Assembly: GCA_963768855.1 (NCBI GenBank)
Contig: CAVYJM010000015.1
Coordinates: forward strand, 1 to 64,000
DNA length: 64,000 nt
Source: an uncultured Thermoplasmata archaeon
Lineage (GTDB): Archaea > Thermoplasmatota > Thermoplasmata > RBG-16-68-12
Reading direction: 5' to 3'
The notes below the pieces were generated by a model. The model did not search any database and had not been told where the DNA came from. It worked only from the letters and a program-made list of their open reading frames with translations. A program made the position numbers and the translations under genes. Below, one piece after another: positions 28,970 to 40,074 of this stretch (positions are counted from its first letter, which is position 1; every line of letters starts with the position of its first letter).

Positions 28970-30271
28970 GTGGAGACCCTCCGGTTCCTCATGGCCACGA
29001 CGTTCTACCCGCCCCACCACTTGGGCGGGGACGCCGTCCACGTCCGGTATCTGTCCGAGGCCCTCGCCGCACAGGGCCACGAGGTGCACGTCGAGTATTC
29101 TCCCGCCGCCTACGGCGTGAAGCGACCCCGATCCGGCGCCTCGGCGAGCGAGCCGGGTGGGCCTGTCCACGTGCATCCAATGACCCGCGTCTCCCAAGCC
29201 TCCTCGCCGATCGCGGCGTACCTGCTGGGCGAGTCCCGTGCCGTGAGCCGGTCCCACGAGAAGCTCGTCCGGGAGGTGAGGCCGGAGGTGATCCATCTTC
29301 ACAACATCTCCCTGCTCGGCCTCGGGGTCCAACGAAGGAGTGAGGGCCGCCCGGTCCTCTACACGGCCCACGACTACTGGTTCCGGTGCCCGCGGAGCGA
29401 CCTCCTGAAACGGGGGCAAGCTCCGTGCGAGACTCCCACATGCTTCTCTTGCATGATTGAGTCCCGCCGGGTTCCTCCGCCATGGAGGACCACCGACATT
29501 GCACCCAGGCTGGACAAGGTCCGATGCGTGATCGCACCGAGCGAATTCATGCGGAATCTCGCGGCGGCCTCGTTCGCCTGTCCCGTCGTCCACATCCCGA
29601 ACTTCGTGCCCGACGAGAACCCCACCGGCCGTGTCGAACCGGCCTCTCCCTACTACCTCTACGTCGGCGTACTCGAGAGGCACAAGGGCATCCCGGAGCT
29701 CGCGGAGGCTGCTCGACAAGCCTCTGGAGAGACGCGCTTCGTCCTCGTCGGTCGCGGATCGCTGGAGCGACCCTTGCGCGCGCTGGCGAGCCGTGAGCCC
29801 TCCCGCCTCGAGATTCAATCGGGGGTTGACCCGGACGCGTTGGCATCCCTCCTCAAACACGCCGCCGCGTTCCTGATGCCGTCCATCTGGTACGAGAATG
29901 CCCCGCTCGCGGCCATCGAAGCCCTCGCGTGGGGCTGTCCACTCCTCGTCACATCTCGGGGCGGAGCGCCCGAACTGGTACAGGGCCGCGCCGCCGGGCT
30001 CGAGTTCGAGCCCAATGTTCGAGGCATCCTGGAAGCGATTCGAGCCCTCGAGCACCTCGAGGACCCGGGGGCGCTGCGTCGCGGCGCGCGGAAGGCCTAC
30101 GAGGCGCACCACCGACCGGGGCCCTACCTGGATCGGTACCTGTCGACCGTCCGTTCCCTCCTCAGTGGGGAGGCGCTCGCCCCGGGGGAGGACGGCCCGG
30201 AACCCAAACCTGGTGGCCGCGGTTCGTCCACGCAGGAGGTGATGGTGGGCCATGGACGTCACGATCCTTAA
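28970..30271 (+). CDS. GT4 glycosyltransferase
   Basis: FYPPHHLGGD, HDYWFRCP, YVGVLERHKG and ENAPLAAIEALAWG. Confidence 0.92.
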   Translation: METLRFLMATTFYPPHHLGGDAVHVRYLSEALAAQGHEVHVEYSPAAYGVKRPRSGASASEPGGPVHVHPMTRVSQASSPIAAYLLGESRAVSRSHEKLVREVRPEVIHLHNISLLGLGVQRRSEGRPVLYTAHDYWFRCPRSDLLKRGQAPCETPTCFSCMIESRRVPPPWRTTDIAPRLDKVRCVIAPSEFMRNLAAASFACPVVHIPNFVPDENPTGRVEPASPYYLYVGVLERHKGIPELAEAARQASGETRFVLVGRGSLERPLRALASREPSRLEIQSGVDPDALASLLKHAAAFLMPSIWYENAPLAAIEALAWGCPLLVTSRGGAPELVQGRAAGLEFEPNVRGILEAIRALEHLEDPGALRRGARKAYEAHHRPGPYLDRYLSTVRSLLSGEALAPGEDGPEPKPGGRGSSTQEVMVGHGRHDP

Positions 30272-31457
30272 CCCGATTGCCGCGACGCCCAATCTCACGG
30301 CTGCGTCTCTCCTTCGGCCCTCGGTCCCTCACGCGGCTCCCTCCCCCGCCACCTTGAGGGAGCTCAACATCGTGCAACTGGCGGAGGCCCTCGCGGGACT
30401 CGGCCACCGGGTCAAGGTCGTCCTCGGGAGCCCCTATCTAGGCGAGACCGCGATCCCGTTGTCGGATCACCTGTCGGCGGTCCCCGTGCATACCATAATG
30501 CCAATCCCGTTTCATCCCGGCGTGATTCCGATGACCCCCGAGTTGCTGAGGCATGCGGCGATCCGGGAATCGGATGTCATCCAGTCGAGCGAGTTCCATC
30601 AGCCGTCCACGTTCTTCGCGGCGGAGGCCTGCCTCGAGAACGACACGCCCCTCGTGATCTGGCAGGAAACGTTCCGTCCGATGCGCTTCCCCGGCGCGCT
30701 GTACCAGAGATGCTTCGAAGCGACGGCCGGCGCAAAGGTGAGGGCCGCCGCCGCGAGCTGCGTGCCGAGGACGTCGAGGGCACGGAGCTATCTACGTCGA
30801 CTTGGGATTCGCGAGGGGGCCATCCCCGAGTGGGTGCCCACCGGGGTCAATACCACGAACTTCGCTCCGCGATCCTCATCCCTCTCGCCAAGCGCGTACG
30901 GCTGGGAGGAGGGATGCGACATCCTGCTACTCGTAGCGCGATTGGTCCCCGGCAAGGGGGTCGACGTGGGCCTGCGAATGCTCCGAGCGCTCCTCGGATC
31001 CCGGCCGAACACGCGGCTCCTCGTTGCAGGATCGGGACCGGAGGAGACCGCCTTGCGACACCTTGCGGACGAGCTCCACGTGTCCCCCTGCGTGCGGTTC
31101 CTGCCCAAGATGAGCCAGAGCCAGATGGCGGACCTGTACAATCTTACCGACGTGGTCCTCTGCACGAGCCGGAACGACCTGTTGCCGATCTCGCTCATGG
31201 AGGCGAGCGCCTGCGGACGGCCGATCGTCGCGACCGATGTGGGCGCGGTGACCGACATCGTGCTCGATGGGGTCACGGGCCGCGTCGTGCCGCCAGGGGA
31301 CGAACGGGCCCTCGTGGACGCGGTGGCCACGCTCCTCCGGGACGAGGAGCGGAGGGAAACCTTCGGGCGTGCGGCTCGCGCGAGGGCGGACGAGCATTTC
31401 GACATCAGGACCTGCGCGAAGCGGTTGGCCGGGGTGTATCAGGGTGTCGCCGCGTGA
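30252..31457 (+). CDS. GT4 glycosyltransferase
   Basis: VARLVPGKG, DLLPISLMEASACGRP and DVGAVTD. Confidence 0.92.
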   Translation: MDVTILNPIAATPNLTAASLLRPSVPHAAPSPATLRELNIVQLAEALAGLGHRVKVVLGSPYLGETAIPLSDHLSAVPVHTIMPIPFHPGVIPMTPELLRHAAIRESDVIQSSEFHQPSTFFAAEACLENDTPLVIWQETFRPMRFPGALYQRCFEATAGAKVRAAAASCVPRTSRARSYLRRLGIREGAIPEWVPTGVNTTNFAPRSSSLSPSAYGWEEGCDILLLVARLVPGKGVDVGLRMLRALLGSRPNTRLLVAGSGPEETALRHLADELHVSPCVRFLPKMSQSQMADLYNLTDVVLCTSRNDLLPISLMEASACGRPIVATDVGAVTDIVLDGVTGRVVPPGDERALVDAVATLLRDEERRETFGRAARARADEHFDIRTCAKRLAGVYQGVAA

Positions 31458-33189
31458 GGACGGAGCACCAAACACCGAACCGACCGTCGCCAGGGCCGCG
31501 GACGACGATCGACGCCCTCACCGCAACAAGGTCGGACTGACTCTCGGATTCACGTTGGCGGGCATCCTCCTGGTCCTGTACGCGGCCTGGACGCGGCCCG
31601 TCCTGGAGGTTCCCCTGACCGCCCAGTTCGGGCTCCTGCAGGAGCTGCCCGTAGTATACTGGCTCGGAGTGGGGCTGATCGGGCTCTCGCTGATCCTCGC
31701 CGCGCGGACCGACTCCGACCTGATATTCGCGATCGCGGGCGCGGCGCTCATCGCGATTCTGGCGGGAACCCCTGCGCTCTTCGAGCCAAACCCTTCCGTG
31801 TGGGACTCGTACATTCACTTCGCCAGTGCCGAGGAAATCATCCGGACGGGGCACATCCCGACGGACCCGAGTGAGTACGCGGCCAACTGGCCCGGGTTCT
31901 TCCTCGTCGTGGCCTTTGTGAACGTCGTGGGAGGCCTGGCTCCCCTAGAGGCCATCGGGCTCTTTCCGTTATTCTCGGCGAGCCTCACGTTCGTCGCCTT
32001 GTTCGTTTTCCTGCGTGCCGTCTTCCCGGCTCACATCGCACGCCCTGCGAGCGTCCTTTCGGCGATCCTCAATGTCTGGGCGCAGTACCACGTCTCGCCC
32101 CAGGGAATCGGGCTGTCGCTGGCCCTCCTCGTACTCGCCACCGCATGGGACAAGAGGGTTCCCGTCCGGCTCGCGAACGCGGTCCTGTTCCTGGGGCTCG
32201 TCCTCAGCCATGCGACGTCCACCTTCTTCCTCCTGGGGATCCTTGGAACCGATTTCCTCCTTGCCGTGTTCATCCCCCGCCGCCTCGAGAGCGTCCGGGA
32301 CCGAGTGACCGCGTTCGGACGCGGAGCGAGCCCATTCCTCACCTACGTGACCGTTTGGCTGGCATGGTTATTCTTCGTCGCAAGCGGCTCCGCGCAGACG
32401 GCGAAGACCGCGGTCGCCTCGCAAATCGGGACGATCCTCCAGATCGGGGAGGCGACGGCGAACGTCGTCGCGGCCCGGTCCGTCGCCAACATCTACGTTT
32501 GGCCTCCGCGCCTGAGAATCGCCGCGCTGGGAATCTACGGCCTCGTGTCGCTCGTCGCCCTCGTCGTCCTGCTCCGGAAAGGGCCCACCCGAAGCCGAGG
32601 CCGCTTCTTCCTCGCGGCGTTCCTCGCGCTCGGCGTCCTCGGTGCCTCGGACATCCTGTTCTTCGGCGGGCAGGTCTACGACCGAGCCTTCATGTTCTTC
32701 GCCGTCCTCGCCCCGGCGCTCTGCCTCCTCGGACTCCGTGAGCTCCACCTGCGGCCGCCCGTCTGGCGAGCGGTGTTGGTCGTCCTCCTGATCGCGAGCG
32801 TGGCTTGCGCTGCGACGAGCAACTATCAGGAGGCGTTCTATCTCGTGCCGAATCAAGCTGTCGCGGTGTCCGAGTTCCTGTCGACCCATGGAGGCAAGGT
32901 GCTGGTGTTCGACGGCGTCTTCCCTCCGCCGGTCCGGCTGCTCACCGGGGAAGCGAACCCGTTGACCGAGGTGCCGTTCTACGCGGTGTATCCCTCCCCG
33001 CTCGCGTTCTACAGCGGGACATCGCCCTCCGTGGCGGTCTTTGATCAGACCGCGAGACTCTGGTATGTGCAAGGTCACGGCATCGAAATCTATCAGTACT
33101 ACGAGTCCCAGAAGGCGGACTACTCCGTGATCTACGATAACGGCTACGCTCAGGTCTACCTCCTGAACGGGACGACGCCAGGCGGGTAA
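31444..33189 (+). CDS. Large polytopic membrane protein, GT-C/polymerase-like (DUF2206/DUF6541-type); start taken at GTG 31444
   Basis: About 13 TMs, a loop WDSYIHFASAEEIIRTGHIP...YAANWPGF, and a C-terminal extracellular domain ending VIYDNGYAQVY. Confidence 0.65.
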   Translation: MSPREDGAPNTEPTVARAADDDRRPHRNKVGLTLGFTLAGILLVLYAAWTRPVLEVPLTAQFGLLQELPVVYWLGVGLIGLSLILAARTDSDLIFAIAGAALIAILAGTPALFEPNPSVWDSYIHFASAEEIIRTGHIPTDPSEYAANWPGFFLVVAFVNVVGGLAPLEAIGLFPLFSASLTFVALFVFLRAVFPAHIARPASVLSAILNVWAQYHVSPQGIGLSLALLVLATAWDKRVPVRLANAVLFLGLVLSHATSTFFLLGILGTDFLLAVFIPRRLESVRDRVTAFGRGASPFLTYVTVWLAWLFFVASGSAQTAKTAVASQIGTILQIGEATANVVAARSVANIYVWPPRLRIAALGIYGLVSLVALVVLLRKGPTRSRGRFFLAAFLALGVLGASDILFFGGQVYDRAFMFFAVLAPALCLLGLRELHLRPPVWRAVLVVLLIASVACAATSNYQEAFYLVPNQAVAVSEFLSTHGGKVLVFDGVFPPPVRLLTGEANPLTEVPFYAVYPSPLAFYSGTSPSVAVFDQTARLWYVQGHGIEIYQYYESQKADYSVIYDNGYAQVYLLNGTTPGG

Positions 33190-33217
33190 GTGCCGAAGAC
33201 CCGCTACGAGGCCCTTC

Positions 33218-34339
33218 ATGCAACCCCCCCGGATTCTCTTCATCCCGGAAGAAGAGGACGTCGGCGCGTCCGACCGCATCCCCGAGTTGATGCGGCTGTT
33301 CAAGCGGGATCACGTCGTCGTCGGCCTACGTCCTCTTTGGGGCCGGAGCATCTATGACACGGACCGGCCCAAGGCCCCGCGATATGCGCTCTACGTGATC
33401 GAGCGAACCCTGGCCGGCCTCCGGGGACTCTGGTTGGCCCGGAAGCACGGAGTGCAACTCGTGTTCTGCGAGACGCCCCACCACGCTCTCGTGGGACTCT
33501 GGATTGCACGGGTCCTCGGTCTGCCGTGTGTCTGGGACAGCCACGGGAACGCCTTGCTCTACGCGCAGAGCATGGGCAGGGGCGGAATGTATGCCCTCCT
33601 CTCCTCCCGCCTAGACCGGTTCCTCGGACGCCGGGTGAGTGCCCTGATCACCGTGTCTCAGCGAGACGCCGATGCGTATGTCGCAATGGGAGTCCCGCCG
33701 TCGCGAATCCACGTCATCCCCACCTCCGTGGACCTGGGGCGAATCGACCGGAAGGCGGGACGGTCGAAGTCCCCGAGCCCTGACCTTGGCGGAGCCAAGG
33801 AATCCCCGTCCCTCCTCTTCTTTGGGAGCTTCAAGTACGCGCCCAATTTCGAAGCGTTCCGGTTCATCAATGAGCAGCTCGCGCCCTACTTGGAGAAGCA
33901 GGGAATCCCCTGCGAGATCCGCCTCGCCGGAAGGGATATTCCGCAGGGGAACCTGCATCCGTCCATCCGCACCCTGGGATTTGTCGAGGACATCCATGAG
34001 GTGATCCGCCGGGCGGACCTCTGTGTGGTCCCGGTTTGGAGAGGCGTCGGAATCCTGACGAAGGTCATCGATATCATGGCCGTGGGGACTCCTTCGGTCC
34101 TGACGAGCTTCGTGATTCATGGGGTCCCGGAAGTCCGGGACGGCGTGCAGGCCGTCGTGGTTGCCGAGGAAAGCGAGTTCCCTGAGCGTGTCGCTTTCGC
34201 CCTGCGCCACCTGGACCAGATGAAGGAGATGGCGACCAACGCCCGGCGGCTGGTCGAGGAGCGCTACGACTGGAGGGTTTACGAACCCGTCTTTGAGGAG
34301 TTGCTGACCTCCCTCGCGGGCCAGCCGGCGCGGGCGTGA
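33218..34339 (+). CDS. GT4 glycosyltransferase
   Basis: FFGSFKYAPN and PVWRGVGILTKVIDIMAVGTP (GxGxxxK subfamily). Confidence 0.9.
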   Translation: MQPPRILFIPEEEDVGASDRIPELMRLFKRDHVVVGLRPLWGRSIYDTDRPKAPRYALYVIERTLAGLRGLWLARKHGVQLVFCETPHHALVGLWIARVLGLPCVWDSHGNALLYAQSMGRGGMYALLSSRLDRFLGRRVSALITVSQRDADAYVAMGVPPSRIHVIPTSVDLGRIDRKAGRSKSPSPDLGGAKESPSLLFFGSFKYAPNFEAFRFINEQLAPYLEKQGIPCEIRLAGRDIPQGNLHPSIRTLGFVEDIHEVIRRADLCVVPVWRGVGILTKVIDIMAVGTPSVLTSFVIHGVPEVRDGVQAVVVAEESEFPERVAFALRHLDQMKEMATNARRLVEERYDWRVYEPVFEELLTSLAGQPARA

Positions 34340-34343
34340 GTCC

Positions 34344-35477
34344 ATGGATGTCGAGATCATCACCTTCGACGCGGACCCCAACCGGGGCGGCTCCCCCGCC
34401 CGGGTGCATTCGCTCATCCGGATGTTTGCCGCCTTCGCTCGAGTCCACGTCACCCTGACGGATTGGTTCGGAGGCGACCGAGTTCCCGGGGTGGAGTACA
34501 CCGAGCTCCCCGTCCGGGACACGCCCCTCACCCGCCTCCGGCGTCTCCGGACATTCTACAAGACGGATTTCCCGAAGCGCCCGTCCCTCGAGCAGCCGGA
34601 CCTGCGAGTCGTGGAGATGCTGGACCTTTGGGGCCTCAGCGAAGCCGATCCCGGAGTCCCACGGATCCTCGACGAGCATAATGTCTACTGGGAACTATTG
34701 AAGTACGACCTTGGGAGCGCGCCCTTCTTCTCCACATGGCTGGGCCGCCGGGAGGCCGTGAGGAAGCTCCTCTGGCCCCGACTCTGGCAACGCGCGAAGG
34801 ACTATGAGACGAACGCGATCCGCCGCGCCGAGGGTACGTTCGTCACATCCGCCGTGGATCGCGCGCGCATCCTGGAGGAACTCCCTGATTCCGCGGACCG
34901 GGTGCATGTCCTGCCGAACACGGTCGACCTGGATCGGTTTCCCGACCTCTCGAGGGCCGAGACGGCGAGTGACGCGGTCTTCATCGGCAACTACGCGTAC
35001 GGACCAAACCAAGAGGCGGCGCGGTTCATCATGGACCGGATCGCTCCCACGCTACCCCAGATGAGATTCCTGCTCGTGGGCGGGAATCCCTCGGCGTTGC
35101 CGCCCGCGCGCGGCAACGTGACGGCAACCGGACACGTGCCCGACCTCAACGCCGTCCTTGAACACGCCGCGGTATGTCTCGCGCCCCTCGCCCAAGGCAG
35201 CGGCACACGTTTGAAGATCCTGACCTACCTCGCCTCGGGGAAGGCGATCGTCGCCACGTCGAAGGCCGTGGAGGGTTTGGAGGTCCAGGACGGGGTCCAT
35301 CTCCTGATTCGGGACGGTGAGGAGGCATTCCGACAGGGCCTCAACCGCGTCCTGGCGGACGCCGACCTCCGGAGCACTCTCGGGCGGAACGGGCGTCGGC
35401 TGGTCCAGGAACGATACGACTGGAGGGTCTACGTCGAGTGGCTCCGACGTTACTCTTCAGGTCTCTGTTCCGAGTGA
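34344..35477 (+). CDS. GT4 glycosyltransferase
   Basis: FIGNYAYGPN and PLAQGSGTRLKILTYLASGKAIV. Confidence 0.9.
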   Translation: MDVEIITFDADPNRGGSPARVHSLIRMFAAFARVHVTLTDWFGGDRVPGVEYTELPVRDTPLTRLRRLRTFYKTDFPKRPSLEQPDLRVVEMLDLWGLSEADPGVPRILDEHNVYWELLKYDLGSAPFFSTWLGRREAVRKLLWPRLWQRAKDYETNAIRRAEGTFVTSAVDRARILEELPDSADRVHVLPNTVDLDRFPDLSRAETASDAVFIGNYAYGPNQEAARFIMDRIAPTLPQMRFLLVGGNPSALPPARGNVTATGHVPDLNAVLEHAAVCLAPLAQGSGTRLKILTYLASGKAIVATSKAVEGLEVQDGVHLLIRDGEEAFRQGLNRVLADADLRSTLGRNGRRLVQERYDWRVYVEWLRRYSSGLCSE

Positions 35478-35606
35478 TCGGAGAGGACGACAGACGGCCG
35501 ACCCAAGCCGGCAGGTCCCGCCGAGACGAGGACATGACTCGGCTTCCTCGATCACCAAAGCTCGACTCGCGCAGAGCGCCCATCCGCACCTCATTTCCCG
35601 ATGGCT

Positions 35607-36554
35607 CTAGCTCGCCAGCTCCGGCAGCGTGCCCATGATCCGGGAGCCCAAACGCCCTCGACCGATCAGGCTCTTGGCCACCTTCCAGTCCAACCGCGCC
35701 AGGTACGCGGGGGGGAAGGGCCGCGGCGCGGGCTGCGTGCTCGGCCCGAGGGTGCTAGGCAGGACCGTCGTGACGCCGAGGACGTCGCGTGCATGGTTCA
35801 GCACCTCTCCGAACGCGGTCATGGCCGCTGCGTCCAGGCCCAGGGGGGAATGGAAGAAGAAGTGAATGACGTCGGCACCCCCCACCTGCGCTTCCTTGAG
35901 GGCCGCCTTGAAGTACGACGGTCCCAGGGAGCGAATCCGCTCCGGCGTCATGTAGTCCTGCCAGAGACCCCGGTACACCGGGATGTAGAGGAGGGGCTCC
36001 GAGCCACTCCTTTGGCGGTCATCCGCCGCCGGGTGGTAGGGTTGGGCCATCCGCGGGAGCCCGCTCCAGTCCGCGCAGGGAGACCGGTGGCCCGGCAACG
36101 GACTCGCATCGTGGGTGAACCCTTCCTCGTGGAGGAGGCCCATCGTCGCGGAGTCCTCGGACCAACGACCCGCGACGAACAGCCGGGGCGAGCGACCCTG
36201 CTTCTCTTCGTAGACCTCCCGAGCTGCGTGGAGGAGGATCGCTTGGTCCTCAGCGGAGTATCGGCCGAGGCAGTCGTGGGTGATGCGGACTCGGTCCCGC
36301 ACCCGCTCTCCTAGGACGGGGTCTTTGGGATGCAGATGCACCCCCTCGTCGTGACCGGAGAGGTCCACGCGAGAAAGCATCAGGGCTTGCGGTGTCAGTG
36401 CGAAGCCTATGGACACTTCGTGCCGATCGGCGAACTCCACGATCCTCGGGAGGGACTCGACAATCCCTTCCTCGTGATCAAAGCCGTAGACGATCTCCCC
36501 GTCCCGTACCGTCCCGGGCTCCACGTGGCACAGGATGACCATTTTGAGAGACAT
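35607..36554 (-). CDS. Polysaccharide deacetylase-like (NodB/CE4 fold, WalW-like) protein; start 36554 or 36542
   Basis: CHVEP, GVHLHP (HxH), FVAGRW and GFTHDAS. CTTAAG box at 36595-36600. Confidence 0.65.
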   Translation of the reverse strand: MSLKMVILCHVEPGTVRDGEIVYGFDHEEGIVESLPRIVEFADRHEVSIGFALTPQALMLSRVDLSGHDEGVHLHPKDPVLGERVRDRVRITHDCLGRYSAEDQAILLHAAREVYEEKQGRSPRLFVAGRWSEDSATMGLLHEEGFTHDASPLPGHRSPCADWSGLPRMAQPYHPAADDRQRSGSEPLLYIPVYRGLWQDYMTPERIRSLGPSYFKAALKEAQVGGADVIHFFFHSPLGLDAAAMTAFGEVLNHARDVLGVTTVLPSTLGPSTQPAPRPFPPAYLARLDWKVAKSLIGRGRLGSRIMGTLPELAS

Positions 36555-36841
36555 CGCTACGGTCGCTCTCCGCATCTTGGATACGCGGCAACCCCTTAAG
36601 CGTGTTCGTCGACAGAAGAGCACATCTCCGAACGGAGGGGCTCCGAATGGAGGTGAGGAGCCCACGGTCTCCCGGACTCAATGCCGCTCGATGTCTCGCT
36701 CAATCCGCCGAGCCCTTCTCGAACGAGGCCCGATCGCCGGTGATCCGATCCGTTCGGGAGCCGATGCCGCGGCATGCCCTCGTGGAATCGCCGTACCGGC
36801 GGGCGCGACCTCATCCAGGTGAGGGGGCTACGAGCGGCGAA

Positions 36842-39520
36842 TCACTTCTCGTCGGGGGGAATCTTCGGCCGCCTCGGTCTGCCTGACTTTCCGCCTATCC
36901 GGAGGCGACGGGGAAGGCTCCGGAGGGCTCGCTTCACCGCGGGCAGCTTGCCCGACCAAGAGAGATACAGGACGAACAGAACCGACGCGACCACGGGAGC
37001 TGAGATGAGCAACGCCCAAGTCAAGATCGACCACGGCGCTCCTCCTGAGAGGAGGGCAGATGACGTGAACGGAAGCTCATATGTCGTCCCCAGCGGGTGA
37101 CCGTTCTGATCCAAGGCACCGGCCGCGATGCTGAGTCGATACTCCGTCCCCGGGAGAAGCGGCGCGTCGAAGAGGACCCGCAGATGGGAGTCGTTGACCC
37201 ACTCCACGTGATAGGCCGCGGACGGGACGACGTTCAACGCGGACGAGACGGAAACGTGATCCATGGGCACGGAGAACACGATGTCCACCGTGGACGTCGA
37301 GACGTTCGCCCACGCGCTGAGGACCTGCGGGACGCCGGTCGATCCGTTGGGACCGGAGCTCGAGAGCGTGGTGAGGCTCGCGGGGTCCGAGACAGCCGAC
37401 CAGTTCGGCACGGCGTCGGCCGTTCTCAGAGCGAACCAGTACGGGGTGGCGGGTTGCAGTCCGGTGACGCTGAGTGTTTCCGTGCTCCCGGGGAGGCCGG
37501 GGAGTGGCGCGGGCACGACGACGCCCTGGCCAAAGGTCGCGCTGTCCAGAGGGCCGGTCAAGCTGTATCGGAGGTCGTATTGGCTCGCCTGTCCCACGGT
37601 ACCGTTGTCGCCCGGTGCCGTCCACTCGAGGAGGGCGTAGGTCGACCCGACCGCGGTGGCTCGCAGGTCGGTCACTTGAGCGGGAGGGGTCGTGTCTCCT
37701 GGAGGAGGGGGGAAGCTACCGGTGATCCCAATCGAATACTGAGTTTTCGCCGCTCCGAAATCGAGCGACAGGTTGGCCGAGCCCGCCGCGTCGGTCGACA
37801 CGGACGCGTGCTGCACGCCGTAGGTTACAAGGTTCTCAATCGTCACATTGTACGTGTAGTCGTGAACGAAGTTCTGGAGGCCCACGGTCGCGGGGCCCGT
37901 CGCCGTGGCATAGAAGGAGGTCGTGCCGACGGGGTTGAGAGACCAGAACACCGTACCGCCCTGAACGGAGCCAGCGGGATCGATCGACCCTGAGAGAGAG
38001 ATGCTCGCGCCATCCGCGATGCTCGCCTTCGACTCCCGATCCGAGTACGTCTGGCCCGCGGTCGTCAGGTATAGGGTCCGGTGGCCGTCGGACTGGTCCG
38101 AAACCTGGAGGCGTTGGATCGGAGCATTGGCGAAGAACAGCCAGTCTCCGTTCACGGCATGCTCCGTTGCGCCGTCCGTCCAGGACTTGGCGCCGTGGCC
38201 CAAGACGATGTTGTAGAACGCGTTGCTCAAGCTCATGTGGGTGAGGTCGCTGCCTGCCGCATAGCTGAGCGTGTTGTTGTACCACGCATTGTTGCTCGTG
38301 TTCGCGCTGGACCCAGCGCAAGGAGAGTTGGGGCAGATGTAGAACGCCGCGCTTGTCAGATTGGTGAAGGTATTGTGCGCGAAGGTGTTCCCGCCCGCCT
38401 GGACGATCACGCCGATCTGCGCACGGTCGATCGTGTTGTACCGGAAGGTGTTGAGGGCGCTTTCGTAGATGTAGTCGTAGAACCCGTAGCCGAAGCCACC
38501 AGAGTTCCCAAGGCAGGTGTTGAACTCCACAAGGCTGTTCGTCATCCCGCCCGCTTCGACGCACTCAGTACCGAAGGACGGGGAGAGATAGGTGACCGTG
38601 TTGTGCGCGATGTAGATCCGCTCCGAGAACTCGTTGTCGAAGGCGGCGCTGTTCGAGCCACCAGCCGCATAGTAGAAGGTCACGTTGTTCCAAGTGAGCT
38701 GCGCCACCCACTGTCCAGGGTAGATCGGGTGGACCTGCGCGGACTGCTCGTTGATGATTTCGAAGCCCAACGCGTTCTTCCCGTTCGCCCTCAGGTAGAG
38801 CGTGTTCGCGAAGAAGAGGGCGTTGCCGTATGTCTCGTAGTTCACGACTGCGCTCTGGAGCCCGAGCGTGATGTTCCACATCGTGTTGTGCTCGAACGTG
38901 CTGTTCGAGCCCATCCAGACGACGTGCTGGTTGAGGAGACTGTCGTCATAGTCCGATATGTTCGAATAGCCGACGTAGTCCCCGTTGACGCCGATCACTT
39001 GCATGTTCACTCCGCGGATCGTGTCGTACGCGAAGCGGTTCCTCCCTCCCCCCGAGACGACGATGCCGAACGTGGAGCCCGACCCGGCGCCCGTGATCGT
39101 CGCGTGTTCGATCACGACCTTCGCCGGTGTGCCGCTCGAGGTCAGGTACCAGTGATAGTTGTCGTTGGACTGGAGGGCCCCCGATTCCATGACGAGGGTC
39201 CCGTAGATCGCGAAGTTGCGCTGGAGGTCCGCGGTCGAGGAGAACCGGACGAGCATGTTCCAGAGCGACAGGGTCGCGCCCGCGTTCACGGTCAGGCTCC
39301 CGGAAAGGGTCAGGGTTCCGTTGCCCCAGGTCGTATCCGTGTCGATGATGCATGAGCTGGACCAGGTCACGGCACCGAACGCATCGGAGCTCGGAGGACA
39401 GCCCGTGTTCGCCTGGGCAGAGAGAATCGGTTGCGGCAGCAAGCCGGAAAGGAACACAACCAACGCGACCGCGACGACGATGCCGCTCAGACGACCGAGA
39501 GAGACCTTTCTCGTACGCAT
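36842..39520 (-). CDS. Membrane-tethered surface protein: signal peptide, parallel beta-helix (pectin-lyase/NosD-like), FN3, SbsA-type Ig-like domain, C-terminal TM and basic tail
   Basis: Asn-ladder repeats (NSTFEHNTMWN, NTFRYNTID, NTFAHNTFTN), FN3 WTAPGDNG...YDLRY...YWFALR, and IVFSVPMD. Confidence 0.8.
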   Translation of the reverse strand: MRTRKVSLGRLSGIVVAVALVVFLSGLLPQPILSAQANTGCPPSSDAFGAVTWSSSCIIDTDTTWGNGTLTLSGSLTVNAGATLSLWNMLVRFSSTADLQRNFAIYGTLVMESGALQSNDNYHWYLTSSGTPAKVVIEHATITGAGSGSTFGIVVSGGGRNRFAYDTIRGVNMQVIGVNGDYVGYSNISDYDDSLLNQHVVWMGSNSTFEHNTMWNITLGLQSAVVNYETYGNALFFANTLYLRANGKNALGFEIINEQSAQVHPIYPGQWVAQLTWNNVTFYYAAGGSNSAAFDNEFSERIYIAHNTVTYLSPSFGTECVEAGGMTNSLVEFNTCLGNSGGFGYGFYDYIYESALNTFRYNTIDRAQIGVIVQAGGNTFAHNTFTNLTSAAFYICPNSPCAGSSANTSNNAWYNNTLSYAAGSDLTHMSLSNAFYNIVLGHGAKSWTDGATEHAVNGDWLFFANAPIQRLQVSDQSDGHRTLYLTTAGQTYSDRESKASIADGASISLSGSIDPAGSVQGGTVFWSLNPVGTTSFYATATGPATVGLQNFVHDYTYNVTIENLVTYGVQHASVSTDAAGSANLSLDFGAAKTQYSIGITGSFPPPPGDTTPPAQVTDLRATAVGSTYALLEWTAPGDNGTVGQASQYDLRYSLTGPLDSATFGQGVVVPAPLPGLPGSTETLSVTGLQPATPYWFALRTADAVPNWSAVSDPASLTTLSSSGPNGSTGVPQVLSAWANVSTSTVDIVFSVPMDHVSVSSALNVVPSAAYHVEWVNDSHLRVLFDAPLLPGTEYRLSIAAGALDQNGHPLGTTYELPFTSSALLSGGAPWSILTWALLISAPVVASVLFVLYLSWSGKLPAVKRALRSLPRRLRIGGKSGRPRRPKIPPDEK
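37367..37696 (-). repeat. FN3 domain copy 1 (about 70 percent aa identical to the copy at 46545-46874)
   Basis: Hand alignment gives 77/110 identical residues. Confidence 0.85.
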
Positions 39521-40074
39521 GGCCTTGAAACACGTTCCTCATGCCATCCCGCGGGACGCTCGGGAAGGCCTAACTCCTCAGGCCCCCGCGTCTCCGGGAG
39601 AGGCGCCCGTTTTACCTCAGGACAGAAACTCAACCAAACGGGTCGTTAAGTACCTTTGCGTACACCGACCGAACGGCGTGGCGGCTCGGTCCGCGAGGTC
39701 GCCGCCCTCATAGGTGGCTATCCAAATGTTCAAACGCATGGGGGCACCTTCCGCGGGCGTCCTGAAGGCGGACGGGAGACGTGCGTTGGTCGGCCCCCGT
39801 GTTCCAGGTGCCGCAGATCTCGACACGATCCGGGGCGTTCCACCGGGCCAGGAGCGAGTGAGCATCCGCCGTTTCGATTCTTCAATTTCTTTCGCCCCGG
39901 GGGCTCACCAAGAAGAGGACCGAGAGGCTAGGTCCGCGCGTAGCTCCAGGGAGAGATCCGTGAGGTGGGCGGAACAGGAGTCCGCAGCGCGAAGCGCGTC
40001 GAAGAGCGCAGAAGAGGGGCCATCGACGGACCGCCGAGACGGTCTGCCTTCATCGCAGGGCCACGCGGGCTAGA